64,000 nt of DNA from Deltaproteobacteria bacterium (GCA_021801125.1 JAJYYI010000127.1:3835-67834), one strand, 5' to 3'. Positions 31,872 to 40,559 are shown, counted from the stretch's first letter. Made by a program: numbers and translations. Notes: a model not told the origin generated them from the sequence alone.

Positions 31872-32342
31872 ATGATAGAGCAGAGACTACGTAGGTTGAG
31901 GAAAATTGCAAACTGGAAAAGTGCGCTGCACGGCGGCGTGGCATCCAAGGCTCGCCAACTGCCGCTGCTGACCGTCTTGTCGGTCTCTCTGCTCGCCCTT
32001 AGCGGATGTGTTACGGAAAACGCGTCTTTGCAGCAAGAGCGGCTCGAACTGGTGCGCGACCAAATCGAGCTTACCAAACTCCATATAGAACTGGCTAAGG
32101 CGGCGCTTGCAAGGTTGCAGTCCCAAACGCAACAAGACCAGGCGTTGGCCCAGGCTCGCCGGGCGGGCGCCGCTGACCTTCAGGCGCGGCGCACCGCGAC
32201 GGTCGTGCTCTTGCGGAATATCGCGCGCGAACAACGCGGGACTACCGGCAAGACCTACTCAAGCCTGGCCGACTGGGTCGAAGCGGGCGGCGACCCGGAC
32301 CGTGCTCTACAAGCTGCGCTGCCCAACGGAATTCCCAAGTAG
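31872..32342 (+). CDS. Hypothetical lipoprotein.
   Basis: Strong RBS AGGAGGGGGGG, then MIEQRL...LLALSGC (lipobox), then a coiled-coil-like Q/A/R-rich region. Confidence 0.5.
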   Translation: MIEQRLRRLRKIANWKSALHGGVASKARQLPLLTVLSVSLLALSGCVTENASLQQERLELVRDQIELTKLHIELAKAALARLQSQTQQDQALAQARRAGAADLQARRTATVVLLRNIAREQRGTTGKTYSSLADWVEAGGDPDRALQAALPNGIPK

Positions 32343-32382
32343 CCCGCAAGCGGCGCCCGTTCCGATTCCCCGTGAAATCGGT

Positions 32383-33180
32383 TTACGGGAAAAACGGATA
32401 TCCCATCCCAGGGTAGAAGCCGCCCATCCCACCCCCGATAAAACCCAAGCCGATTATCGCGCCGATACCTAGCACCGGCAGCAGATAGTCGAGCCAAGAT
32501 CCCGACGGCGACCCACTTTGTTGGGGGAACTGCTGAGCCTGGTAGCTTTGCAGACTCCCCAACGAGCCCAGGCCGTTCGCCGGCAGGCTATTTTGGTTGG
32601 CGGCAAGGTAGGCGTTTTGCCCCGAAGTGGACGGCGTTCCCGCAGGCTGCTGGGGCTGCAGGTTCAAAAGCTCCGGTCGAACCTTTATCGCGTTTACTAT
32701 TTTGACGCTCGGGTCATCGAGCAGCCGCCGCACCTTGGCTTCCGCATCCGATTTCCCGTAGGGCGTGGCAACGAAGCCGTAGAGCGTTACCTCACGATCG
32801 CCGTATCGATCGCGCCGCACCTCGGCCCTGACCAGCGGCAGCCGGTTGTGTTCCAGGTAGCGGGTCAGCTCGTCGCTTTGCTCGACGACTGGCCCGCTGA
32901 GCACGATCGGCGCGGGAGCGGGACCTGACGACCCGGCCTGCGATAGCGTCTCGCTGGTACTTTGCGCCGTCGACTGCGCTCCGCCCGTCGCGGGAGAAGA
33001 AAACGCTGGCGGTGGAGCGTTCGGCGCAGACATCGTCGCGCAAGACTGCGTCGTAACGAGCAAAATCGCAAGCCAGACTGAAATCATTCGTCGCGCGCTC
33101 AGCCGCAAAGGGAGGAAAGCCTCAGGCAACACAACTTTTGACGCCCGGCAAGGGCCCCCTATTCGAGTCGAACGCTCCAC
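32383..33180 (-). CDS. Hypothetical secreted or membrane protein with a BON-like domain, a Q/S-rich linker and a C-terminal glycine-zipper segment.
   Basis: VTLYGFVATPYGKSDAEAKVRRLLDDPSVKIVNAIKV resembles a BON domain. The C-terminus reads GIGAIIGLGFIGGGMGGFYPGMGYPFFP. Confidence 0.45.
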   Translation of the reverse strand: MERSTRIGGPCRASKVVLPEAFLPLRLSARRMISVWLAILLVTTQSCATMSAPNAPPPAFSSPATGGAQSTAQSTSETLSQAGSSGPAPAPIVLSGPVVEQSDELTRYLEHNRLPLVRAEVRRDRYGDREVTLYGFVATPYGKSDAEAKVRRLLDDPSVKIVNAIKVRPELLNLQPQQPAGTPSTSGQNAYLAANQNSLPANGLGSLGSLQSYQAQQFPQQSGSPSGSWLDYLLPVLGIGAIIGLGFIGGGMGGFYPGMGYPFFP

Positions 33181-33536
33181 GTCACGTCAGCCGCCGCCTG
33201 CCCTTGGCTTCGCCCGGCGCAACCTTCCCTCACGGCTGCAGCTCGCCGGTCGCGGAGCATACGGAAAGCCCGTTGCTTCTCGCCTGCGCTGTCCCGTCAA
33301 GCCTGATCATCGCCGCGTTGACCATGGGCCGGGTCGCATCCGGCGTGAGACCAAACGCTCCCATGCCGCCCGATCCGAAGAGCGCCATATTCGGCTAGAC
33401 GCACGCGCTTTTCACCTTTTAATTGGTGGTCGTATACAACCCTACGCTCACCCTTCGAGCCGCCTGGAGACGTGGTCATAACCCGTCTTGCGGCGAACTT
33501 TGAAGCGGGGCGTAGGCCGGCTACCGTGGGCAACTA

Positions 33537-34397
33537 TCAACGCGCTATGGTAGCTCTCAGTGACGCGCCTGCCACACCCCCAACAGAGGCGCCGAAGATT
33601 GCGCCGACGCACGAGCTGGCGGCGAGCTCCAGTGGCAGCGAAGCGCAGCGAAGCAGACCTCCAGGAAGGCGAAGCAGCAGAAAGAGACCAGCTACACCTA
33701 CGCCGAAGACGACGGGACCGGACCGAGTCCGTATTTGGGTTACAAACGCCGCTAAAAACACCGGCAACGATGAGTAAAGCCCGCTCACCGCGAAGTAGAG
33801 TGCTTCATCCCGAGGATTGTCAAACGCGGTGTTGACCCATGCGCTCGTTCTACAATACTCCAGCAAATGATTCATCGAACACGAAGCGCACAGACCCAAG
33901 AAAAGACCCATCGCGATGAGGCCCCCAAGCGCCGCCCACGATGCAGTGATTCCAAGGGGCAGCTTTTTATACCGCACGACTACCAGCGCTACCCCTACGT
34001 AGAGCGCGTTCCACAGCGCGCCGACGCTCAGTAGCGTTGGCGGTGCAAAAGCCGAGAGGCGGGCGTCTCGTTGTACAATCCAGGCCGACGCGACCGAAAA
34101 CAGCACGCCAACCAGAATGGAGAACAAGGCGGAGCGCCGGGCCTGCACCCGCTTTCTGTTGCCGGCCACGACCTCCAGGTCGGTGAGAATTTGCGCGCGC
34201 AGCGTCTGCGCCGCAGACGCCGGCACTTCCTGCTGGCGGAGCGTTCCCAGTCTTTGCCAAACCAATTGCATTTCGATCCACTTCAACTGGCATCGCACGC
34301 ACGATCGTAGATGTTCGTCGAGCTCTGCGCTCAAAGAGGTCTCGCCAACGCTTAGAATATCCATCAGCTCGATCTGAATACGCGCACAGTTATCCAC
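33537..34397 (-). CDS. Zinc-binding anti-sigma factor (ZAS-type), multi-pass membrane protein.
   Basis: N-terminal HLRSCVRCQ (HxxxCxxC) followed by several TM helices. It lies immediately downstream of a sigma-70 ECF gene remnant. Confidence 0.7.
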   Translation of the reverse strand: MDNCARIQIELMDILSVGETSLSAELDEHLRSCVRCQLKWIEMQLVWQRLGTLRQQEVPASAAQTLRAQILTDLEVVAGNRKRVQARRSALFSILVGVLFSVASAWIVQRDARLSAFAPPTLLSVGALWNALYVGVALVVVRYKKLPLGITASWAALGGLIAMGLFLGLCASCSMNHLLEYCRTSAWVNTAFDNPRDEALYFAVSGLYSSLPVFLAAFVTQIRTRSGPVVFGVGVAGLFLLLRLPGGLLRCASLPLELAASSCVGAIFGASVGGVAGASLRATIAR

Positions 34398-34494
34398 GGG
34401 CCACCTGGTATCGCGCCTCGGAGATTCAACCAGCGATGAAAGTATCGCAACACGAGATCTTCGGACTCTTTAACGAGCGAAGATGCGCATACGT

Positions 34495-34771
34495 TTAAGA
34501 CGTTACACTGGCCTGCTCATTCGCCATGCAGCGCAAGCTTGACGCGCAACCGCGTGAGCGCGCCGTCGTTCGTTGCGCACGGTGAGTAATAAAAACGCTG
34601 GCCGCATAGCGTCGGAACAGTTCTTCGAAAGCGCAGCTGTCGCCGTCGACGTACAGGACCATGAGTGCACCATCCGAACGATGCTCGTACGTCTTCATCG
34701 TAACCAAACGAGGCTGGGCGGCAAAAGTTACCGGACCGCGAAATTCGCGACCCAGATGAAAGCCCACTCAC
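34495..34771 (-). pseudogene. ECF sigma-70 factor remnant. N-terminal ~55 codons are fused out of frame to the last ~13 codons; regions 2-4 are deleted.
   Basis: Two overlapping track ORFs: MGFHLGREFRGPVTFAAQPRLVTMKTYEHRSDGALMVLYVDGDSCAFEELFRRYAASVF... and ...LTRLRVKLALHGE. They match the start and end of the intact paralog 37241..37882. The junction sequence AGCGCGCC is at 34557-34564. Confidence 0.7.
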
Positions 34772-34809
34772 TCTGGCGATGTTGAGCGCGCGACGTTACC
34801 GTTGGCAGG

Positions 34810-34839
34810 TTACGAAGATCACGCCTTCCCTCGCTTAAA
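34810..34839 (-). promoter_or_regulatory. Degenerate ECF-type promoter upstream of the sigma remnant (TTTAAG-N17-CGTAA; the -35 AAC is mutated to AAG).
   Basis: Compared with the copy-B promoter by eye. Confidence 0.3.
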
Positions 34840-35340
34840 CGAACCATCGCTGTGCCGGTACACGCGTCCGTAGCCTCGCCTTCGGCTGTTGGGTCAGACT
34901 ATGCCTTGCGCTTGCGGGGCTCGGCAGACCATAAGGACTACTAGTTCGCCGCCGCCTCTCGCGCACGCATCGACGAATAGCGATTCCCGCGAGGTCCCGA
35001 GCGGCGCCGGGAGCTAAATGCTTCCAGCCGCACGGTTAAGCGGAGCGCCTCGACGACCGGTGCTATTAAATCCGTCCCAAATCGCGCGCATGGCCTCCAT
35101 TGCAAAAATGCTAAGTACCTAGACTAACCTGCATTTTTCTGGCGCGAGCACCGGCACGGCATGCCGTCTAGCGCAAACTACGCCGCGGCGACGAGGCTCT
35201 CGCACGCTTGGCGGCTACTTCCCTTGAAAGGACGCGGCTTACGGGCCTCGTCGTTCCACCCAAGACAACGGCCTCCTGAGCGCGGACTTTTCTGCTTCAC
35301 CACGGCTGCGGCAATAACCTCAGAAAGTCAGGGCAACGAT

Positions 35341-35366
35341 GTAACTTTCAAGCCGCTTTGCCGTTA
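35341..35366 (+). promoter_or_regulatory. Candidate ECF-sigma-dependent promoter GTAACTT-N-CGTTA (AAC-N16-CGT), about 140 nt upstream of the barrel-like protein gene.
   Basis: Read directly. It resembles the putative autoregulatory promoter of the adjacent ECF sigma gene (TTAACTT...CGTAA). Confidence 0.35.
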
Positions 35367-35508
35367 TAAAGGGCCGGAATTCAAATTTCCTGCGTCCGGG
35401 ACGGCTTCGCGGCGAGCGGGTGCGTGGGTGGTAGGGTACGCGTAGTCGTAGCCACGCGAGTCAGCTTACCTGGTCGCCGGATGCCGAAAACTAAAAGGAG
35501 GTATGCAC

Positions 35509-36618
35509 ATGAAAGTGCATAGGTTTTTGGCGATCTTAGCGCTGGCGGGTGGGTTAGGACTGACCTTCATAGGCGCCGCCAACGCACAGGTCGGCGTGGG
35601 TTCAATATACAGCTACAGGGGCGTAGGCTTTACGCCTTCTGCACCGGTTCCGCAAAGCACCGGTCTTGGGACATACTACAACTTTTTCAACAACGAGGAC
35701 GCCGACCTCTACGGACTGCCGGCGAATCTGCTCTTCGGCGCGTGGTTCAGCACCTATATTAGCGACGGCGCCTTCATGGGCCCCAACGGTAGCAAGGTGG
35801 CCGGCGCACCAAACGGCGGCAACGTGTGGGCAAACGTCGCGTATATCAACTGGATCTATCCACTCCAGTTCGATACCCCAAGCTTCCGGGTGGCATTCAA
35901 CGCCTTTATGCCTATAATCGCGGCCAGCACCGAAGTTGCGGGACCGACGGAGTTTTGGTTCACCCCGCTTGAAATGTTCTACTCGTACCACCAATTCCGC
36001 TTCCTGCGTGATTCCACGTTTTTCGGCCCTTACCTCTCGCTGCCGGTCGGCGGAGGGTTCGGTTTTACTCCGGCTAACGGCCAGGTCAACCAGTACAACT
36101 TCGCGTGGTTAATGGAAGGTTGGTACCAATTCCAACACATGGATGAACTGGCGCTGGGCAACATGGGCCTCGGTTGGCTCAACACCTTGGAGTTCCAGCC
36201 ATGGTTCTCTTATAACCACCAGCTCAATACCACGCCGAATTTGCCGGCGAGTGCCGTATTCAGCACTGCCGGTGCAGCTCAGTTGGGGATTCCGGGAACG
36301 CAGCTCGGGGGCTACATGCCCGGGGATAACATCGACGCGGGCGGTATCTTCAGCTATGGCCTGAAGCAGCTAAACCCCGCACTCAAGAACTGGCGTATCG
36401 GCATGGTGTTCGACAGCGACTTCAGCGTGTTCCAGAACACCTGGGCCGGTGCTCCGATTAAAAACACCGCGGTCGAGATGGTGGACGTAGGGCCCAGCAT
36501 CCAGTACGCCAAGGGCGACTTCGTGTTGTGGTTCTACTACACCACTAACGTGCACACCCAAAACTACTACGGCTTGCAGCAGTTCTTCCTCCAGCTCTAC
36601 TACTTCTTCAACCTGTGA
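35509..36618 (+). CDS. Secreted aromatic-rich protein, probable outer-membrane beta-barrel (resembles phenol-degradation-like OMP family proteins).
   Basis: AAGGAGG lies 7 nt before the ATG at 35509. Signal peptide MKVHRFLAILALAGGLGLTFIGAANAQ. Alternating aromatic/Gly-rich sequence ending ...LYYFFNL. Codon usage appears lower in GC than the surrounding genes. Confidence 0.6.
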   Translation: MKVHRFLAILALAGGLGLTFIGAANAQVGVGSIYSYRGVGFTPSAPVPQSTGLGTYYNFFNNEDADLYGLPANLLFGAWFSTYISDGAFMGPNGSKVAGAPNGGNVWANVAYINWIYPLQFDTPSFRVAFNAFMPIIAASTEVAGPTEFWFTPLEMFYSYHQFRFLRDSTFFGPYLSLPVGGGFGFTPANGQVNQYNFAWLMEGWYQFQHMDELALGNMGLGWLNTLEFQPWFSYNHQLNTTPNLPASAVFSTAGAAQLGIPGTQLGGYMPGDNIDAGGIFSYGLKQLNPALKNWRIGMVFDSDFSVFQNTWAGAPIKNTAVEMVDVGPSIQYAKGDFVLWFYYTTNVHTQNYYGLQQFFLQLYYFFNL

Positions 36619-36648
36619 GCCTCGCGCTGGCCGCTGCAGCAGAAAACG

Positions 36649-36670
36649 GGCTTCGTGCGGAAGCTTTTGA
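36649..36670 (+). terminator. Short hairpin GCTTCG-TG-CGGAAGC followed by TTTTGAG, 30 nt after the barrel-like protein stop. Weak intrinsic terminator.
   Basis: Read directly. Confidence 0.3.
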
Positions 36671-36709
36671 GAGGCTGAGCCACCGGAGGTAAGCATCGCG
36701 ATTCCGCTC

Positions 36710-36827
36710 GCGGCGCCCGCACGAGCGACCCCGCGGTTAAACGGTTTTCCGCCGGCCCACCCGCTTCTAAGGGACCTCCTCCCGAACGGAAGTGGAAGGT
36801 AAGCGGGGTCGCTCGTGCGGGCGCCGC
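36710..36827. repeat. Perfect 25-bp inverted repeat (GCGGCGCCCGCACGAGCGACCCCGC ... GCGGGGTCGCTCGTGCGGGCGCCGC) enclosing a 68-nt spacer that has its own 7-bp sub-hairpin, followed by CTTACTTTTGG.
   Basis: Read directly: 36710-36734 pairs with 36803-36827. Confidence 0.6.
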
Positions 36828-37240
36828 CTTACTTTTGGCCTTGCCACGCGAGCAAACGTGAGCAACAAAACTCGGCGTGATTTTATGTTAGTGATCCCGA
36901 GGTGCCCTGCCGCCCACATGGGCACCCGGCGTAACGCCGTTATCTATTTCAAAATCTCTTCTATCCCGAATTTCCGATATAGGCCCAGCCGGTCAAGGCC
37001 GTATAAAGCACAAACTTTGACCGTCACGCAAACGGTAGGACACTTCTTATCGCGCGGACTCGGGCTCGCCGACGAACTGAGGAGACGTGCGACATTGCGT
37101 GGGCCTACGCCAGGCGGTCCATCTCCGGCTGGCAGTCAGAGAGCGCATCTCCTCTAGCGATAACAGTATCCGCGACTTGAGATCTCGGACTCTTTAGCCG
37201 GCGACGTCGCGCATACTTTTGAGATGCTGCACCACCATGC

Positions 37241-37882
37241 TCATTCGGCGTGCAGCGCAAGCTTGACGCGCAGCTGCGTGAGCGCGCGGAACAATCTCAC
37301 CTTTACCGCTCCTTGCGAAATCCCCAGCACGCCGGCTATCTCCGCGTTGCTCAACCCATGGTAGCGGCTCAAAAGCACCACCTCGCGCATCCCTTCCGGC
37401 AACGCAGCGATCGCCTGCTCTAAAACTCGGCCCGTCTCGGCGGCGACCGCCATCGCCTCCGGGGAAGGCGCAGTGACCGCGTCGCTCGCGTGATCCGTCT
37501 CAGCCTCCTCAGCTTTGCTAGTCGTGCGATGCTTGTGCTCGGCTCCGCTTCGTTCATCCCGCAGAAGATTCGTGGCGATAGTAAATAGAAACGTCTTAAA
37601 GAATCCGGCGCGATAGCTCTTGCGGCTGCGATGCAGGTGCAGGAAGGTCGCCTGAAAAAGGTCTTCCGCAAGCGCGCGATCGTTCGTTGCGCGCAGTAAG
37701 TAGCTAAAAACGCTGGCCGCGTGGCGTCTGAACAGTTCCTCGAAGGCTAGGCTGTCACCGTCGGCGTACAGGACCATGAGTGCATCATCCGAACTCTCCT
37801 GGTACGTCTTCATCGTAACCAAACGAGGCTGCGCGGCAAAAGTTACCGGACCGCGAAATTCATGACCCGGGTAACCGCCCAC
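37241..37882 (-). CDS. RNA polymerase sigma-70 factor, ECF subfamily.
   Basis: ...ALMVLYADGDSLAFEELFRRHAASVFSYLLR (region 2) ... VLLSRYHGLSNAEIAGVLGISQGAVKVRLFRALTQLR (region 4 HTH). The start could instead be the internal MKTYQE at 37813. Confidence 0.8.
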   Translation of the reverse strand: MGGYPGHEFRGPVTFAAQPRLVTMKTYQESSDDALMVLYADGDSLAFEELFRRHAASVFSYLLRATNDRALAEDLFQATFLHLHRSRKSYRAGFFKTFLFTIATNLLRDERSGAEHKHRTTSKAEEAETDHASDAVTAPSPEAMAVAAETGRVLEQAIAALPEGMREVVLLSRYHGLSNAEIAGVLGISQGAVKVRLFRALTQLRVKLALHAE

Positions 37883-37924
37883 TCACTTTGCCGTCGTCGA
37901 GCGCGGGACCTTACCATCGGCAGA

Positions 37925-37952
37925 TTACGAAGATGAACCCTTCCAAGTTAAA
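37925..37952 (-). promoter_or_regulatory. Candidate autoregulatory ECF promoter TTTAAC-N17-CGTAA upstream of the sigma gene.
   Basis: Read on the minus strand: gattcgTTTAACttggaagggttcatctTCGTAAtctg. Confidence 0.35.
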
Positions 37953-38180
37953 CGAATCGCTGATGCCTCAGTGTGGAACAATCTTCTGCACCTCATTACC
38001 AATCCCCCATCTTGCTGATCTCTTCACGGTTCGCTCGGAAACCAGACGGTCGAACTCCAATCTCGTGCTTAGAGAATGAGCGACGGAAAGTGCGTCTCGA
38101 ACTGCGAAAGCTTTCGACGCGATCCGCTTTGCGACCTCATGATCCGTTCCATTGATGAGCTATAAAGCCGCGAATAGTTC

Positions 38181-38228
38181 GGGGCGGGGCGCGCTGCCTT
38201 AGCCGAATCGGGCAGCGCACCCCGCCCC
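38181..38228. terminator. 18-bp GC-rich inverted repeat (GGGGCGGGGCGCGCTGCC-12 nt-GGCAGCGCACCCCGCCCC, one mismatch), 10 nt beyond the stop of minus-strand gene 38238..38579.
   Basis: Read directly. There is no clean U-tract, so it is a terminator-like stem or a protein-binding palindrome. Confidence 0.4.
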
Positions 38229-38237
38229 ATTTGCACC

Positions 38238-38579
38238 TCAGTTAGTGCGAGATGTAGCCCTCGAGTGGCTTACTACATCCGTCTGGCTGGAGCGCTCCGA
38301 GCTCCAGTCTCCTCCCCATTTGGGGCCGTAGGCGTCGATGTCACCTTGATGAAGGGGAGCAAAGTTCCGACCTTGAGTGAGATCGATGCCCCACTTGCCG
38401 TGGTAATTGTAATCAGCGTCTGGAGCGGAAATGGGCGGCGCAGCCTCCCCGGAGTTGTGGAGCGAGAGGGAGCCTTCGCATGAGCCCCAACAACCAGCGT
38501 AAGAGGGACCAACCGCCGCTGCGAAAAGAGCGCTCGCGGCGAGAGTCACAATCTTTCGTTTAACCGACTTGCGATCCAT
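38238..38579 (-). CDS. Small secreted hypothetical protein (113 aa; signal peptide, CWGSCEG motif, W/G/D-rich).
   Basis: GGAGG lies 12 nt upstream of the ATG. N-terminus MDRKSVKRKIVTLAASALFAAAVGPSYAG. Low-GC context. Confidence 0.45.
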   Translation of the reverse strand: MDRKSVKRKIVTLAASALFAAAVGPSYAGCWGSCEGSLSLHNSGEAAPPISAPDADYNYHGKWGIDLTQGRNFAPLHQGDIDAYGPKWGGDWSSERSSQTDVVSHSRATSRTN

Positions 38580-38981
38580 AAAGTTCTCATGCCTCCGTCA
38601 GCGAAATCCTCGGCTTCGAACCGCTCACACCGTCAGCCTGAGGGCCGAAAGCGCAACAGCTCGGAAGACCGCGGTTCGCGATCCAACCGATGGCTTGACC
38701 TGATGTCTTGGCTTTGAACGCCACGGCAAAGCCCCGGCGGGCTTCGCCCAAACGGCGCGGATGAAGACGACCGCGGCGCACGTCCGAAGCGCACGCCGCC
38801 CACGGCCTCCACGGACCCTTCGACCAGCGCTGAGGCGTAGACCAAACGGTCCTTAGCCTTCCGCAAAGGCTAGCGCTGGCGACGGGGCCTCAGATTAGAA
38901 CGGTCCTAAGACGCACCTCGCTTTTCCTAGCACGATAGGCGAGGGTACCGGTGAGAGGGGTTGAAGGCCGCGCAACGCCGT

Positions 38982-39377
38982 TTAGGCGTGGCGCACAATG
39001 ACGCCGTCAGAATCACACGTATGGGAACGCGGGAGTTCCCGACAGCGCACGCGCTCGGTTAGCGCTAGATTGCGATCGGCGTCAGACGACCGTTTAAAGG
39101 AGGCGCGCTGATCCCCCTCCTCGAACCGCACGCACCGGTCCGAACGCCGTCGAGATTCGACCTGCGCCGCGACGCGATGAGGCAACGTGTTGGGGACCTC
39201 GGAGATAGCGCGACGCACCGGACCGTAGTGGATAAAGCCGTCAACCGCCATCGAGCGGAAGGCCCGGCCGGGACGCGGCACCACTTGAGTGAGTAGTAGC
39301 AGGATGACTAGGACGAAAACGCCGCGCGAACAACGCCGCCTATTAACGACTATCCCCATACAGCGAAAGGACAGCAT
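38982..39377 (-). CDS. Hypothetical small protein with an N-terminal hydrophobic segment and four Cys.
   Basis: ORF only. Low confidence that it is expressed. Confidence 0.3.
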   Translation of the reverse strand: MLSFRCMGIVVNRRRCSRGVFVLVILLLLTQVVPRPGRAFRSMAVDGFIHYGPVRRAISEVPNTLPHRVAAQVESRRRSDRCVRFEEGDQRASFKRSSDADRNLALTERVRCRELPRSHTCDSDGVIVRHA

Positions 39378-39691
39378 AGACGCTATCCCGGACCAATTAG
39401 TTTAGGATTACCCAAAGAACATTGCAAGCTGTATTTACCTTGGCAAAATGCGGTATCGGCGCAAGCGCCAAGGCTTCCCAAGGCAAGGCTTTATGGCCGC
39501 TCGGGCAAAAGTTGCGAGCGCTCTCGCGGGTTTGACCGGGGAGCTTTGATGCTCCGCGCTCGACCTTGCAACTCCGCTTAGGCACTCGGGACTCGGCGCC
39601 CGCCGTCGCCACCGAGCAGGGGTACCCGCGCAAATCTTACCGGCTCAATGGCGTCACGTTATCGGCGCGCTCGCGTCCGCGTCGCGACTCG

Positions 39692-40285
39692 CTAGCGGCC
39701 GCGCAGACGGTCGAGGATGATTGCGGATGCTGCGCGCACCGACAGATGGTTGTAGTCGGTGGGACCACGCAGCGCCGACAGCACAACGTCGGCGCGTTGA
39801 GCGAGCGCCGGCGCAAGACCGAAGCCGGTGCCGAATAAAAGCATCACGGGTGCGCCCTCGCCCTCTATCCGCTGGCGCAGGACGTCGTACGCGAGTCCTT
39901 CGTTGGTACGGGCGGACGTCAGAACGAGCAGCGGTCGCGCCCCGGCGCGAAGCGTTGCATCATCAATGGCTTCGTCCAAATCCGCCACTACCTCGATTAG
40001 TCTCAGCGCGCGCTGGCGCCTTGCATCGAGCACGCGTCCTTGACCGGTGATCCAGTGGTCGATAACCGTGCTCGCAAACGCGCGTTGTTCGGGCACCGGA
40101 TGCACGACGTACGCCGTGCGAACACCATAAGTGAGTGCCGAGCGCGCCAGGTCGTGAATATCGAGGCTGGTGATCGCGCTTGCAATCACTCTCTCGCGGC
40201 GATCGAGCACCGGATGATGAAGTAATGCGACAAAAAGTTCAGCCATCTGGGGAGCCATCCGCAGGCCGGCTCTCTCGCCCACCAA
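39692..40285 (-). CDS. SPOUT-superfamily RNA methyltransferase (TrmH/SpoU-like).
   Basis: C-terminal motifs LLFGTGFGL and DYNHLSVRAASAIILDRL match the SPOUT knot motifs. Confidence 0.55.
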   Translation of the reverse strand: MVGERAGLRMAPQMAELFVALLHHPVLDRRERVIASAITSLDIHDLARSALTYGVRTAYVVHPVPEQRAFASTVIDHWITGQGRVLDARRQRALRLIEVVADLDEAIDDATLRAGARPLLVLTSARTNEGLAYDVLRQRIEGEGAPVMLLFGTGFGLAPALAQRADVVLSALRGPTDYNHLSVRAASAIILDRLRGR

Positions 40286-40559
40286 CGGGCAGCATTTGGT
40301 AAGATTAATCTTCGCAGCTTTACAAATGCGCGGCGCTCCAAAGAGTTTACCCGCCCCGAGTCCTCAATACGAGCAGGCCACCTCCAGCCGCTCATTCACG
40401 ACGCAGCGCCCAAAGCGAACGACGAATGGAACTTTCCAGACACAACGACCGCTTGGGTTTTGCCGCATTACCTCGCAAGTAATCGCCGGTGGCGCGACAC
40501 CCTGCTATGACTGTAGCTACGCAGGATGGTCGTGACGGAACGGCAGTCGAAGCCGCGGC

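Larger units (their letters stand above)
34441..34860. repeat. Segmental duplication copy A (leader + ECF sigma gene + 3' UTR), paralogous to 37155-37955 and carrying an internal 400-bp deletion.
   Basis: Hand alignment of the two regions gives my estimate of 85-90% nucleotide identity across both flanks of the deletion (not a computed value). Confidence 0.7.
37155..37955. repeat. Segmental duplication copy B (intact ECF sigma gene with its leader and 3' UTR plus the first ~10 nt of an anti-sigma start).
   Basis: Aligned by hand to 34441-34860. The 400 bp absent from copy A (37289-37688) is bounded by the 8-bp direct repeats AGCGCGCG at 37281-37288 and 37681-37688. Confidence 0.7.
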
